DNA of 64,000 nt from Nemertoderma westbladi (lineage: Eukaryota; Animalia; Xenacoelomorpha): NCBI GenBank assembly GCA_032718475.1, contig JAUCBJ010004138.1, forward strand, positions 5,263 to 69,262, given 5' to 3'. The notes below the pieces were generated by a model, which worked only from the letters and a program-made list of their open reading frames with translations, was not told the origin of the DNA and ran no database searches. The position numbers were made by a program, and so were the translations under genes. This document shows, one piece after another, positions 10,901-28,900 of the stretch. The stretch's first letter is position 1. Every line of letters begins with the position of its first letter.

Positions 10901-13900
10901 GCCAATTTACCATAGAACCGCAGATTTACAATAATAACTGCCAGATTATCATACAACCGCAGATTTACAATAATAACTGCCAGATTATCATAGAACCGCA
11001 GATTTACAATAATAACTGCCAGATTATCATAGAACCGCAGATTTACAATAATAACTGCCAGATTATCATAGAACCACAGATTTACAATAATAACTGCCAG
11101 ATTATCATAGAACCGCAGATTTACAATAATAACTGCTAGATTATCATAGAACCGCAGATTTACCATAATAACTGCCAGATTATCATAGAACCGCAGATTT
11201 ACAATAATAACTGCCAGATTATCATAGAACCGCAGATTTACAATAATAACTGCCAGATTATCATAGAACCACAGATTTACAATAATAACTGCCAGATTAT
11301 CATAGAACCGCAGATTTACAATAATAACTGCCAGATTATCATAGAATCACAGATTTACAATAATAACTGCCAGATTATCATAGAACCGCAGATTTACAAT
11401 AGTACTGCCAGATTATCATAGAACCGCAGATTTACAATAATAACTGCCAGTTTATCATAGAACCACAGATTTACAATAATAACTGCCAGTTTCTTACAGA
11501 ACCACAGATTTACAATAATAACTGCCAGTTTATCATAGAACCGCAGATTTACAATAATAACTGCCAGATTATCATAGAACCACAGATTTACAATAATAAC
11601 TGCCAGATTATCATAGAACCGCAGATTTACAATAATAACTGCTAGATTATCATAGAACCGCAGATTTACCATAATAACTGCCAGATTATCATAGAACCGC
11701 AGATTTACAATAATAACTGCCAGATTATCATAGAACCGCAGATTTACAATAATAACTGCCAGATTATCATAGAACCACAGATTTACAATAATAACTGCCA
11801 GATTATCATAGAACCGCAGATTTACAATAATAACTGCCAGATTATCATAGAATCACAGATTTACAATAATAACTGCCAGATTATCATAGAACCGCAGATT
11901 TACAATAGTACTGCCAGATTATCATAGAACCGCAGATTTACAATAATAACTGCCAGTTTATCATAGAACCACAGATTTACAATAATAACTGCCAGTTTCT
12001 TACAGAACCACAGATTTACAATAATAACTGCCAGTTTATCATAGAACCGCAGATTTACAATAATAACTGCCAGATTATCATAGAACCGCAGATTTACAAT
12101 AATAACTGTCAGATTATCATAGAACCGCAGATTTACAATAATAACTGCCAGTTTATCATAGAACCGCAGATTTACAATAATAACTGCCAGTTTATCATAG
12201 AACCACACAGATTTACAATAATAACTGCCAGATTATCATAGAACCGCAGATTTACAATAATAACTGCCAATATATCATAGAACCGCAGATTTACAATAAT
12301 AACTGCCAGATTATCATAGAACCGCAGATTTACAATAATAACTGCCAGATTATCATTGAGCCACATATTTACAATAATAACTGCCAGTTTATCACAGAAC
12401 CACAGATTTACAATAATAACTGCCATATTATCATAGAACCACAGATTTACAATAATAACTGCCAGTTTCTTACAGAACCACAGATTTACAATAATAACTG
12501 CCAGTTTATCATAGAACCAAAGATTTACAATAATAACTGCCAGATTATCATAGAACCACAGATTTACAATAATAACTGCCAGATTACCATAGAACCACAG
12601 GGTCACAATAATAACTGCCAGTTTATCATAGAACCGCAGATTTACAATAATAACTGCCAGTTTATCATAGAACCGCAGATTTACAATAATAACTGCCAGA
12701 TTATCATAGAATCGCAGATTTACAATAATAACTGCCAGATTATCATAGAACCACAGATTTACAATAATAACTGCCAGTTTATCATAGAACCACACAGATT
12801 TACCATAATAACTGCCAGTTTCTTACAGAACCACAGATTTACAATAATAACTGCCAGTTTATCATAGAACTGCAGATTTACAATAATAACTGCCAGTTTC
12901 TTACAGAACCACAGATTTACAATAATAACTGCCAGTTTATCATAGGACCACAGATTTACAATAGTAACTACCAGTTTCTTACAGAAACGCAGATTTACAA
13001 TAATAACTGCCAGATTATCATAGAACCGCAGATTTACAATAATAACTGCCAATTTATCATAGAACCGCAGATTTACAATAATAGCTGCCAGTTTATCACA
13101 GAACCACAGATTTACAATAATAACTGCCAGATTATCATAGAACCGCAGATTTACAATAATAACTGTCAGTTTATCAAACCGCAGATTTACAATAATAACT
13201 GCCAGTTTATCATAGAACCACAGATTTACAATAATAACTGCCAGTTTATCATAGAACCGCAGATTTACAATAATAACTGCCAGTTTATCATAGAACCACA
13301 GATTTACAATAATAACTGTCAGTTTATCATAGGACCACAGATTTACAATAATAACTGCCAGATTATCATAGAACCGCAGATTTACAATAATAACTGCCAG
13401 ATTATCATAGAACCGCAGATTTACAATAATAACTGCCAATTTATCATAGAACCGCAGATTTACAATAATAACTGCCAGATTATCATAGAACCGCAGATTT
13501 ACAATAATAACTGCCAGATTATCATTGAGCCACAGATTTACAATAATAACTGCCAGTTTATCATAGAACCACAGATTTACAATAATAACTGCCAGATTAT
13601 CATAGAACCACAGATTTGCAATAATAACTGCCAGTTTCTTACAGAACCACAGATTTACAATAATAACTGCCAGTTTATCATAGAACCGCAGATTTACAAT
13701 AATAACTGCCAGATTATCATAGAACCGCAGATTTACAATAATAACTGTCAGATTATCATAGAACCGCAGATTTACAATAATAACTGCCAGTTTATCATAG
13801 AACCGCAGATTTACAATAATAACTGCCAGATTATCATAGAACCGCAAATTTACAATAATAACTGCCAGTTTATCATAGAACCACACAGATTTACAATAAT

Positions 13901-16900
13901 AACTGCCAGTTTCTTACAGAACCACAGATTTACAATAATAACAGCCAGTTTATCATAGAACCGCAGATTTACAATAATAACTGCCAGATTATCATAGAAC
14001 CGCAGATTTACAATAATAACTGCCAGATTATCATAGAACCACAGATTTACAATAATAACTGCCAGATTATCATAGAACCGCAGATTTACAATAATAACTG
14101 CCAGATTATCATAGAATCACAGATTTACAATAATAACTGCCAGTTTATCATAGAACCACACAGATTTACAATAATAACTGCCAGTTTCTTACAGAACCAC
14201 AGATTTACAATAATAACAGCCAGTTTATCATAGAACCGCAGATTTACAATAATAACTGCCAGATTATCATAGAACCACAGAATTACAATAATAACTGCCA
14301 GATTATCATAGAACCGCAGATTTACAATAATAACTGCCAGATTATCATAGAATCACAGATTTACAATAATAACTGCCAGATATCATAGAACCGCAATTTT
14401 CAATAGTACTGCCAGATTATCATAGAACCGCAGATTTACAATAATAACTGCCAGTTTATCATAGAACCACAGATTTACAATAATAACTGCCAGTTTCTTA
14501 CAGAACCACAGATTTACAATAATAACTGCCAGTTTATCATAGAACCGCAGATTTACAATAATAACTGCCAGATTATCATAGAACCGCAGATTTACAATAA
14601 TAACTGTCAGATTATCATAGAACCACAGATTTACAATAATAACTGCCAGATTATCATAGAACCGCAGATTTACAATAATAACTGCCAGATTATCATAGAA
14701 CCGCAGATTTACAATAATAACTGTCAGATTATCATATAACCGCAGATTTACAATAATAACTGCCAGTTTATCATAGAACCGCAGATTTACAATAATAACT
14801 GCCAGATTATCATAGAACCGCAGATTTACAATAATAACTGCCAGATTATCATAGAACCACAGATTTACAATAATAACTGCCAGATTATCATAGAACCGCA
14901 GATTTACAATAATAACTGCCAGATTATCATAGAATCACAGATTTACAATAATAACTGCCAGTTTATCATAGAACCACACAGATTTACAATAATAACTGCC
15001 AGTTTCTTACAGAACCACAGATTTACAATAATAACAGCCAGTTTATCATAGAACCGCAGATTTACAATAATAACTGCCAGATTATCATAGAACCACAGAT
15101 TTACAATAATAACTGCCAGATTATCATAGAATCACAGATTTACAATAATAACTGCCAGATATCATAGAACCGCAGATTTACAATAGTACTGCCAGATTAT
15201 CATAGAACCGCAGATTTACAATAATAACTGCCAGTTTATCATAGAACCACAGATTTACAATAATAACTGCCAGTTTCTTACAGAACCACAGATTTACAAT
15301 AATAACTGCCAGTTTATCATAGAACCGCAGATTTACAATAATAACTGCCAGATTATCATAGAACCGCAGATTTACAATAATAACTGCCAGATTATCATTG
15401 AGCCACAGATTTACAATAATAACTGCCAGTTTATCATAGAACCACAGATTTACAATAATAACTGCCAGATTATCATAGAACCACAGATTTGCAATAATAA
15501 CTGCCAGTTTCTTACAGAACCACAGATTTACAATAATAACTGCCAGTTTATCATAGAACCGCAGATTTACAATAATAACTGCCAGATTATCATAGAACCG
15601 CAGATTTACAATAATAACTGTCAGATTATCATAGAACCGCAGATTTACAATAATAACTGCCAGTTTATCATAGAACCGCAGATTTACAATAATAACTGCC
15701 AGATTATCATAGAACCGCAAATTTACAATAATAACTGCCAGTTTATCATAGAACCACACAGATTTACAATAATAACTGCCAGTTTCTTACAGAACCACAG
15801 ATTTACAATAATAACAGCCAGTTTATCATAGAACCGCAGATTTACAATAATAACTGCCAGATTATCATAGAACCGCAGATTTACAATAATAACTGCCAGA
15901 TTATCATAGAACCACAGATTTACAATAATAACTGCCAGATTATCATAGAACCGCAGATTTACAATAATAACTGCCAGATTATCATAGAATCACAGATTTA
16001 CAATAATAACTGCCAGTTTATCATAGAACCACACAGATTTACAATAATAACTGCCAGTTTCTTACAGAACCACAGATTTACAATAATAACAGCCAGTTTA
16101 TCATAGAACCGCAGATTTACAATAATAACTGCCAGATTATCATAGAACCACAGAATTACAATAATAACTGCCAGATTATCATAGAACCGCAGATTTACAA
16201 TAATAACTGCCAGATTATCATAGAATCACAGATTTACAATAATAACTGCCAGATATCATAGAACCGCAATTTTCAATAGTACTGCCAGATTATCATAGAA
16301 CCGCAGATTTACAATAATAACTGCCAGTTTATCATAGAACCACAGATTTACAATAATAACTGCCAGTTTCTTACAGAACCACAGATTTACAATAATAACT
16401 GCCAGTTTATCATAGAACCGCAGATTTACAATAATAACTGCCAGATTATCATAGAACCGCAGATTTACAATAATAACTGTCAGATTATCATAGAACCACA
16501 GATTTACAATAATAACTGCCAGATTATCATAGAACCGCAGATTTACAATAATAACTGCCAGATTATCATAGAACCGCAGATTTACAATAATAACTGTCAG
16601 ATTATCATATAACCGCAGATTTACAATAATAACTGCCAGTTTATCATAGAACCGCAGATTTACAATAATAACTGCCAGATTATCATAGAACCGCAGATTT
16701 ACAATAATAACTGCCAGATTATCATAGAACCACAGATTTACAATAATAACTGCCAGATTATCATAGAACCGCAGATTTACAATAATAACTGCCAGATTAT
16801 CATAGAATCACAGATTTACAATAATAACTGCCAGTTTATCATAGAACCACACAGATTTACAATAATAACTGCCAGTTTCTTACAGAACCACAGATTTACA

Positions 16901-19900
16901 ATAATAACAGCCAGTTTATCATAGAACCGCAGATTTACAATAATAACTGCCAGATTATCATAGAACCACAGATTTACAATAATAACTGCCAGATTATCAT
17001 AGAACCGCAGATTTACAATAATAACTGCCAGATTATCATAGAATCACAGATTTACAATAATAACTGCCAGATATCATAGAACCGCAGATTTACAATAGTA
17101 CTGCCAGATTATCATAGAACCGCAGATTTACAATAATAACTGCCAGTTTATCATAGAACCACAGATTTACAATAATAACTGCCAGTTTCTTACAGAACCA
17201 CAGATTTACAATAATAACTGCCAGTTTATCATAGAACCGCAGATTTACAATAATAACTGCCAGATTATCATAGAACCGCAGATTTACAATAATAACTGTC
17301 AGATTATCATAGAACCACAGATTTACAATAATAACTGCCAGATTATCATAGAACCGCAGATTTACAATAATAACTGCCAGATTATCATAGAACCGCAGAT
17401 TTACAATAATAACTGTCAGATTATCATATAACCGCAGATTTACAATAATAACTGCCAGTTTATCATAGAACCGCAGATTTACAATAATAACTGCCAGATT
17501 ATCATAGAACCGCAAATTTACAATAATAACTGCCAGTTTATCATAGAACCACACAGATTTACAATAATAACTGCCAGATTATCATACAACCGCAGATTTA
17601 CAATAATAACTGCCAGATTATCATAGAACCGCAGATTTACAATAATAACTGCCAGATTATCATAGAACCGCAGATTTACAATAATAACTGCCAGTTTATC
17701 ACAGAACCACAGATTTACAATAATAACTGCCAGATTATCATAGAACCGCAGATTTACAATAATAACTGTCAGTTTATCAAACCGCAGATTTAATAACTGC
17801 CAGTTTATCATAGAACCACAGATTTACAATAATAACTGCCAGTTTATCATAGAACCGCAGATTTACAATAATAACTGCCAGTTTATCATAGAACCACAGA
17901 TTTACAATAATAACTGTCAGTTTATCATAGGACCACAGATTTACAATAATAACTGCCAGATTATCATAGAACCGCAGATTTACAATAATAACTGCCAGAT
18001 TATCATAGAACCGCAGATTTACAATAATAACTGCCAATTTATCATAGAACCGCAGATTTACAATAATAACTGCCAGATTATCATAGAACCGCAGATTTAC
18101 AATAATAACTGCCAGATTATCATTGAGCCACAGATTTACAATAATAACTGCCAGTTTATCATAGAACCACAGATTTACAATAATAACTGCCAGATTATCA
18201 TAGAACCACAGATTTACAATAAAAACTGCCAGTTTCTTACAGAACCACAGATTTACAATAATAACTGCCAGTTTATCATAGAACCGCAGATTTACAATAA
18301 TAACTGCCAGATTATCATAGAACCGCAGATTTACAATAATAACTGTCAGATTATCATAGAACCGCAGATTTACAATAATAACTGCCAGTTTATCATAGAA
18401 CCGCAGATTTACAATAATAACTGCCAGATTATCATAGAACCGCAAATTTACAATAATAACTGCCAGTTTATCATAGAACCACACAGATTTACAATAATAA
18501 CTGCCAGTTTCTTACAGAACCACAGATTTACAATAATAACAGCCAGTTTATCATAGAACCGCAGATTTACAATAATAACTGCCAGATTATCATAGAACCG
18601 CAGATTTACAATAATAACTGCCAGATTATCATAGAACCACAAATTTACAATAATAACTGCCAGATTATCATAGAACCGCAGATTTACAATAATAACTGCC
18701 AGATTATCATAGAATCACAGATTTACAATAATAACTGCCAGTTTATCATAGAACCACACAGATTTACAATAATAACTGCCAGATTCTTACAGAACCACAG
18801 ATTTACAATAATAACAGCCAGTTTATTATAGAACCGCAGATTTACAATAATAACTGCCAGATTATCATAGAACCACAGATTTACAATAATAACTGCCAGA
18901 TTATCATAGAACCGCAGATTTACAATAATAACTGCCAGATTATCATAGAATCACAGATTTACAATAATAACTGCCAGATATCATAGAACCGCAGATTTAC
19001 AATAGTACTGCCAGATTATCATAGAACCGCAGATTTACAATAATAACTGCCAGTTTATCATAGAACCACAGATTTACAATAATAACTGCCAGTTTCTTAC
19101 AGAACCACAGATTTACAATAATAACTGCCAGTTTATCATAGAACCGCAGATTTACAATAATAACTGCCAGTTTCTTACAGAACCACAGATTTACAATAAT
19201 AACTGCCAGTTTATCATAGAACCGCAGATTTACAATAATAACTGCCAGATTATCATAGAACCGCAGATTTACAATAATAACTGTCAGATTATCATAGAAC
19301 CGCAGATTTACAATAATAACTGCCAGTTTATCATAGAACCGCAGATTTACAATAATAACTGCCAGATTATCATAGAACCGCAAATTTACAATAATAACTG
19401 CCAGTTTATCATAGAACCACACAGATTTACAATAATAACTGCCAGTTTCTTACAGAACCACAGATTTACAATAATAACAGCCAGTTTATCATAGAACCGC
19501 AGATTTACAATAATAACTGCCAGATTATCATAGAACCGCAGATTTACAATAATAACTGCCAGATTATCATAGAACCACAGATTTACAATAATAACTGCCA
19601 GATTATCATAGAACCGCAGATTTACAATAATAACTGCCAGATTATCATAGAATCACAGATTTACAATAATAACTGCCAGTTTATCATAGAACCACACAGA
19701 TTTACAATAATAACTGCCAGTTTCTTACAGAACCACAGATTTACAATAATAACAGCCAGTTTATCATAGAACCGCAGATTTACAATAATAACTGCCAGAT
19801 TATCATAGAACCACAGATTTACAATAATAACTGCCAGATTATCATAGAACCGCAGATTTACAATAATAACTGCCAGATTATCATAGAATCACAGATTTTC

Positions 19901-22900
19901 AATAATAACTGCCAGATATCATAGAACCGCAGATTTACAATAGTACTGCCAGATTATCATAGAACCGCAGATTTACAATAATAACTGCCAGTTTATCATA
20001 GAACCACAGATTTACAATAATAACTGCCAGTTTCTTACAGAACCACAGATTTACAATAATAACTGCCAGTTTATCATAGAACCGCAGATTTACAATAATA
20101 ACTGCCAGATTATCATAGAACCGCAGATTTACAATAATAACTGTCAGATTATCATAGAACCACAGATTTACAATAATAACTGCAAGATTATCATAGAACC
20201 GCAGATTTACAATAATAACTGCCAGATTATCATAGAACCGCAGATTTACAATAATAACTGCCAGATTATCATAGAACCGCAGATTTACAATAATAACTGC
20301 TAGATTATCATAGAACCGCAGATTTACCATAATAACTGTCAGATTATCATAGAACCACAGATTTACAATAATAACTGCCAGATTATCATAGAACCGCAGA
20401 TTTACAATAATAACTGCCAGATTATCATAGAACCGCAGATTTACAATAATAACTGTCAGATTATCATATAACCGCAGATTTACAATAATAACTGCCAGTT
20501 TATCATAGAACCGCAGATTTACAATAATAACTGCCAGATTATCATAGAACCGCAAATTTACAATAATAACTGCCAGTTTATCATAGAACCACACAGATTT
20601 ACAATAATAACTGCCAGATTATCATACAACCGCAGATTTACAATAATAACTGCCAGATTATCATAGAACCGCAGATTTACAATAATAACTGCCAGATTAT
20701 CATAGAACCGCAGATTTACAATAATAACTGCCAGTTTATCACAGAACCACAGATTTACAATAATAACTGCCAGATTATCATAGAACCGCAGATTTACAAT
20801 AATAACTGTCAGTTTATCAAACCGCAGATTTAATAACTGCCAGTTTATCATAGAACCACAGATTTACAATAATAACTGCCAGTTTATCATAGAACCGCAG
20901 ATTTACAATAATAACTGCCAGTTTATCATAGAACCACAGATTTACAATAATAACTGTCAGTTTATCATAGGACCACAGATTTACAATAATAACTGCCAGA
21001 TTATCATAGAACCGCAGATTTACAATAATAACTGCCAGATTATCATAGAACCGCAGATTTACAATAATAACTGCCAATTTATCATAGAACCGCAGATTTA
21101 CAATAATAACTGCCAGATTATCATAGAACCGCAGATTTACAATAATAACTGCCAGATTATCATTGAGCCACAGATTTACAATAATAACTGCCAGTTTATC
21201 ATAGAACCACAGATTTACAATAATAACTGCCATATTATCATAGAACCACAGATTTACAATAAAAACTGCCAGTTTCTTACAGAACCACAGATTTACAATA
21301 ATAACTGCCAGTTTATCATAGAACCGCAGATTTACAATAATAACTGCCAGATTATCATAGAACCGCAGATTTACAATAATAACTGTCAGATTATCATAGA
21401 ACCGCAGATTTACAATAATAACTGCCAGTTTATCATAGAACCGCAGATTTACAATAATAACTGCCAGATTATCATAGAACCGCAAATTTACAATAATAAC
21501 TGCCAGTTTATCATAGAACCACACAGATTTACAATAATAACTGCCAGTTTCTTACAGAACCACAGATTTACAATAATAACAGCCAGTTTATCATAGAACC
21601 GCAGATTTACAATAATAACTGCCAGATTATCATAGAACCGCAGATTTACAATAATAACTGCCAGATTATCATAGAACCACAGATTTACAATAATAACTGC
21701 CAGATTATCATAGAACCGCAGATTTACCATAATAACTGTCAGATTATCATAGAACCACAGATTTACAATAATAACTGCCAGATTATCATAGAACCGCAGA
21801 TTTACAATAATAACTGCCAGATTATCATAGAACCGCAGATTTACAATAATAACTGTCAGATTATCATATAACCGCAGATTTACAATAATAACTGCCAGTT
21901 TATCATAGAACCGCAGATTTACAATAATAACTGCCAGATTATCATAGAACCGCAAATTTACAATAATAACTGCCAGTTTATCATAGAACCACACAGATTT
22001 ACAATAATAACTGCCAGATTATCATACAACCGCAGATTTACAATAATAACTGCCAGATTATCATAGAACCGCAGATTTACAATAATAACTGCCAGATTAT
22101 CATAGAACCGCAGATTTACAATAATAACTGCCAGTTTATCACAGAACCACAGATTTACAATAATAACTGCCAGATTATCATAGAACCGCAGATTTACAAT
22201 AATAACTGTCAGTTTATCAAACCGCAGATTTAATAACTGCCAGTTTATCATAGAACCACAGATTTACAATAATAACTGCCAGTTTATCATAGAACCGCAG
22301 ATTTACAATAATAACTGCCAGTTTATCATAGAACCACAGATTTACAATAATAACTGTCAGTTTATCATAGGACCACAGATTTACAATAATAACTGCCAGA
22401 TTATCATAGAACCGCAGATTTACAATAATAACTGCCAGATTATCATAGAACCGCAGATTTACAATAATAACTGCCAATTTATCATAGAACCGCAGATTTA
22501 CAATAATAACTGCCAGATTATCATAGAACCGCAGATTTACAATAATAACTGCCAGATTATCATTGAGCCACAGATTTACAATAATAACTGCCAGTTTATC
22601 ATAGAACCACAGATTTACAATAATAACTGCCATATTATCATAGAACCACAGATTTACAATAAAAACTGCCAGTTTCTTACAGAACCACAGATTTACAATA
22701 ATAACTGCCAGTTTATCATAGAACCGCAGATTTACAATAATAACTGCCAGATTATCATAGAACCGCAGATTTACAATAATAACTGTCAGATTATCATAGA
22801 ACCGCAGATTTACAATAATAACTGCCAGTTTATCATAGAACCGCAGATTTACAATAATAACTGCCAGATTATCATAGAACCGCAAATTTACAATAATAAC

Positions 22901-25900
22901 TGCCAGTTTATCATAGAACCACACAGATTTACAATAATAACTGCCAGTTTCTTACAGAACCACAGATTTACAATAATAACAGCCAGTTTATCATAGAACC
23001 GCAGATTTACAATAATAACTGCCAGATTATCATAGAACCGCAGATTTACAATAATAACTGCCAGATTATCATAGAACCACAGATTTACAATAATAACTGC
23101 CAGATTATCATAGAACCGCAGATTTACAATAATAACTGCCAGATTATCATAGAATCACAGATTTACAATAATAACTGCCAGTTTATCATAGAACCACACA
23201 GATTTACAATAATAACTGCCAGATTCTTACAGAACCACAGATTTACAATAATAACAGCCAGTTTATCATAGAACCGCAGATTTACAATAATAACTGCCAG
23301 ATTATCATAGAACCACAGATTTACAATAATAACTGCCAGATTATCATAGAACCGCAGATTTACAATAATAACTGCCAGATTATCATAGAATCACAGATTT
23401 ACAATAATAACTGCCAGATATCATAGAACCGCAGATTTACAATAGTACTGCCAGATTATCATAGAACCGCAGATTTACAATAATAACTGCCAGTTTATCA
23501 TAGAACCACAGATTTACAATAATAACTGCCAGTTTCTTACAGAACCACAGATTTACAATAATAACTGCCAGTTTATCATAGAACCGCAGATTTACAATAA
23601 TAACTGCCAGTTTCTTACAGAACCACAGATTTACAATAATAACTGCCAGTTTATCATAGAACCGCAGATTTACAATAATAACTGCCAGATTATCATAGAA
23701 CCGCAGATTTACAATAATAACTGTCAGATTATCATAGAACCGCAGATTTACAATAATAACTGCCAGTTTATCATAGAACCGCAGATTTACAATAATAACT
23801 GCCAGATTATCATAGAACCGCAAATTTACAATAATAACTGCCAGTTTATCATAGAACCACACAGATTTACAATAATAACTGCCAGTTTCTTACAGAACCA
23901 CAGATTTACAATAATAACAGCCAGTTTATCATAGAACCGCAGATTTACAATAATAACTGCCAGATTATCATAGAACCGCAGATTTACAATAATAACTGCC
24001 AGATTATCATAGAACCACAGATTTACAATAATAACTGCCAGATTATCATAGAACCGCAGATTTACAATAATAACTGCCAGATTATCATAGAATCACAGAT
24101 TTACAATAATAACTGCCAGTTTATCATAGAACCACACAGATTTACAATAATAACTGCCAGTTTCTTACAGAACCACAGATTTACAATAATAACAGCCAGT
24201 TTATCATAGAACCGCAGATTTACAATAATAACTGCCAGATTATCATAGAACCACAGATTTACAATAATAACTGCCAGATTATCATAGAACCGCAGATTTA
24301 CAATAATAACTGCCAGATTATCATAGAATCACAGATTTTCAATAATAACTGCCAGATATCATAGAACCGCAGATTTACAATAGTACTGCCAGATTATCAT
24401 AGAACCGCAGATTTACAATAATAACTGCCAGTTTATCATAGAACCACAGATTTACAATAATAACTGCCAGTTTCTTACAGAACCACAGATTTACAATAAT
24501 AACTGCCAGTTTATCATAGAACCGCAGATTTACAATAATAACTGCCAGATTATCATAGAACCGCAGATTTACAATAATAACTGTCAGATTATCATAGAAC
24601 CACAGATTTACAATAATAACTGCCAGATTATCATAGAACCGCAGATTTACAATAATAACTGCCAGATTATCATAGAACCGCAGATTTACAATAATAACTG
24701 TCAGATTATCATAACCGCAGATTTACAATAATAACTGCCAGTTTATCATAGAACCGCAGATTTACAATAATAACTGCCAGATTATCATAGAACCGCAAAT
24801 TTACAATAATAACTGCCAGATTATCATAGAACCGCAGATTTACAATAATAACTGCCAGATTATCATAGAACCACAGATTTACAATAATAACTGCCAGATT
24901 ATCATAGAACCGCAGATTTACAATAATAACTGCCAGATTATCATAGAACCACAGATTTACAATAATAACTGCCAGATTATCATAGAACCGCAGATTTACA
25001 ATAATAACTGCTAGATTATCATAGAACCGCAGATTTACCATAATAACTGCCAGATTATCATAGAACCGCAGATTTACAATAATAACTGCCAGTTTATCAT
25101 AGAACCACAGATTTACAATAATAACTGCCAGTTTCTTACAGAACCACAGATTTACAATAATAACTGCAAGTTTATCATAGAACCGCAGATTTACAATAAT
25201 AACTGCCAGATTATCATAGAACCGCAGATTTACAATAATAACTGTCAGATTATCATAGAACCGCAGATTTACAATAATAACTGCCAGTTTATCATAGAAC
25301 CGCAGATTTACAATAATAACTGCCAGATTATCATAGAACCGCAAATTTACAATAATAACTGCCAGTTTATCATAGAACCACACAGATTTACAATAATAAC
25401 TGCCAGTTTCTTACAGAACCACAGATTTACAATAATAACAGCCAGTTTATCATAGAACCGCAGATTTACAATAATAACTGCCAGATTATCATAGAACCAC
25501 AGATTTACAATAATAACTGCCAGATTATCATAGAACCGCAGATTTACAATAATAACTGCCAGATTATCATAGAATCACAGATTTACAATAATAACTGCCA
25601 GATATCATAGAACCGCAGATTTACAATAGTACTGCCAGATTATCATAGAACCGCAGATTTACAATAATAACTGCCAGTTTATCATAGAACCACAGATTTA
25701 CAATAATAACTGCCAGTTTCTTACAGAACCACAGATTTACAATAATAACTGCCAGTTTATCATAGAACCGCAGATTTACAATAATAACTGCCAGATTATC
25801 ATAGAACCGCAGATTTACAGTAATAACTGTCAGATTATCATAGAACCGCAGATTTACAATAATAACTGCCAGTTTATCATAGAACCGCAGATTTACAATA

Positions 25901-28900
25901 ATAACTGCCTGATTATCATAGAACCGCAACTTTACAATAATAACTGCCAGTTTATCATAGAACCACACAGATTTACAATAATAACTGCCAGTTTCTTACA
26001 GAACCACAGATTTACAATAATAACAGCCAGTTTATCATAGAACCGCAGATTTACAATAATAACTGCCAGATTATCATAGAACCGCAGATTTACAATAATA
26101 ACTGCCAGATTATCATAGAAACGCAGATTTACAATAATAACTGCCAATTTACCATAGAACCGCAGATTTACAATAATAACTGCCAGATTATCATACAACC
26201 GCAGATTTACAATAATAACTGCCAGATTATCATAGAACCGCAGATTTACAATAATAACTGCCAGATTATCATAGAACCGCAAATTTACAATAATAACTGC
26301 CAGTTTATCATAGAACCACACAGATTTACAATAATAACTGCCAGATTATCATACAACCGCAGATTTACAATAATAACTGCCAGATTATCATAGAACCGCA
26401 GATTTACAATAATAACTGCCAGATTATCATAGAACCGCAAATTTACAATAATAACTGCCAGTTTATCATAGAACCACACAGATTTACAATAATAACTGCC
26501 AGATTATCATACAACCGCAGATTTACAATAATAACTGCCAGATTATCATAGAACCGCAGATTTACAATAATAACTGCCAGATTATCATAGAACCGCAGAT
26601 TTACAATAATAACTGCCAGTTTATCACAGAACCACAGATTTACAATAATAACTGCCAGATTATCATAGAACCGCAGATTTACAATAATAACTGTCAGTTT
26701 ATCAAACCGCAGATTTAATAACTGCCAGTTTATCATAGAACCACAGATTTACAATAATAACTGCCAGTTTATCATAGAACCGCAGATTTACAATAATAAC
26801 TGCCAGTTTATCATAGAACCACAGATTTACAATAATAACTGTCAGTTTATCATAGGACCACAGATTTACAATAATAACTGCCAGATTATCATTGAGCCAC
26901 AGATTTACAATAATAACTGCCAGTTTATCATAGAACCACAGATTTACAATAATAACTGCCAGATTATCATAGAACCACAGATTTACAATAATAACTGCCA
27001 GTTTCTTACAGAACCACAGATTTACAATAATAACTGCCAGTTTATCATAGAACCGCAGATTTACAATAATAACTGCCAGATTATCATAGAACCGCAGATT
27101 TACAATAATAACTGTCAGATTATCATAGAACCGCAGATTTACAATAATAACTGCCAGTTTATCATAGAACCGCAGATTTACAATAATAACTGCCAGATTA
27201 TCATAGAACCGCAAATTTACAATAATAACTGCCAGATTATCATAGAACCGCAGATTTACAATAATAACTGCCAGATTATCATAGAACCGCAGATTTACAA
27301 TAATAACTGCCAGTTTATCACAGAACCACAGATTTACAATAATAACTGCCAGATTATCATAGAACCGCAGATTTACAATAATAACTGTCAGTTTATCAAA
27401 CCGCAGATTTAATAACTGCCAGTTTATCATAGAACCACAGATTTACAATAATAACTGCCAGTTTATCATAGAACCGCAGATTTACAATAATAACTGCCAG
27501 TTTATCATAGAACCACAGATTTACAATAATAACTGTCAGTTTATCATAGGACCACAGATTTACAATAATAACTGCCAGATTATCATTGAGCCACAGATTT
27601 ACAATAATAACTGCCAGTTTATCATAGAACCACAGATTTACAATAATAACTGCCAGATTATCATAGAACCACAGATTTACAATAATAACTGCCAGTTTCT
27701 TACAGAACCACAGATTTACAATAATAACTGCCAGTTTATCATAGAACCGCAGATTTACAATAATAACTGCCAGATTATCATAGAACCGCAGATTTACAAT
27801 AATAACTGTCAGATTATCATAGAACCGCAGATTTACAATAATAACTGCCAGTTTATCATAGAACCGCAGATTTACAATAATAACTGCCAGATTATCATAG
27901 AACCGCAAATTTACAATAATAACTGCCAGTTTATCATAGAACCACACAGATTTACAATAATAACTGCCAGTTTCTTACAGAACCACAGATTTACAATAAT
28001 AACAGCCAGTTTATCATAGAACCGCAGATTTACAATAATAACTGCCAGATTATCATAGAACCGCAGATTTACAATAATAACTGCCAGATTATCATAGAAC
28101 CACAGATTTACAATAATAACTGCCAGATTATCATAGAACCGCAGATTTACAATAATAACTGCCAGATTATCATAGAATCACAGATTTACAATAATAACTG
28201 CCAGTTTATCATAGAACCACACAGATTTACAATAATAACTGCCAGATTCTTACAGAACCACAGATTTACAATAATAACAGCCAGTTTATCATAGAACCGC
28301 AGATTTACAATAATAACTGCCAGATTATCATAGAACCACAGATTTACAATAATAACTGCCAGATTATCATAGAACCGCAGATTTACAATAATAACTGCCA
28401 GATTATCATAGAATCACAGATTTACAATAATAACTGCCAGATATCATAGAACCGCAGATTTACAATAGTACTGCCAGATTATCATAGAACCGCAGATTTA
28501 CAATAATAACTGCCAGTTTATCATAGAACCACAGATTTACAATAATAACTGCCAGTTTCTTACAGAACCACAGATTTACAATAATAACTGCCAGTTTATC
28601 ATAGAACCGCAGATTTACAATAATAACTGCCAGTTTCTTACAGAACCACAGATTTACAATAATAACTGCCAGTTTATCATAGAACCGCAGATTTACAATA
28701 ATAACTGCCAGATTATCATAGAACCGCAGATTTACAATAATAACTGTCAGATTATCATAGAACCGCAGATTTACAATAATAACTGCCAGTTTATCATAGA
28801 ACCGCAGATTTACAATAATAACTGCCAGATTATCATAGAACCGCAAATTTACAATAATAACTGCCAGTTTATCATAGAACCACACAGATTTACAATAATA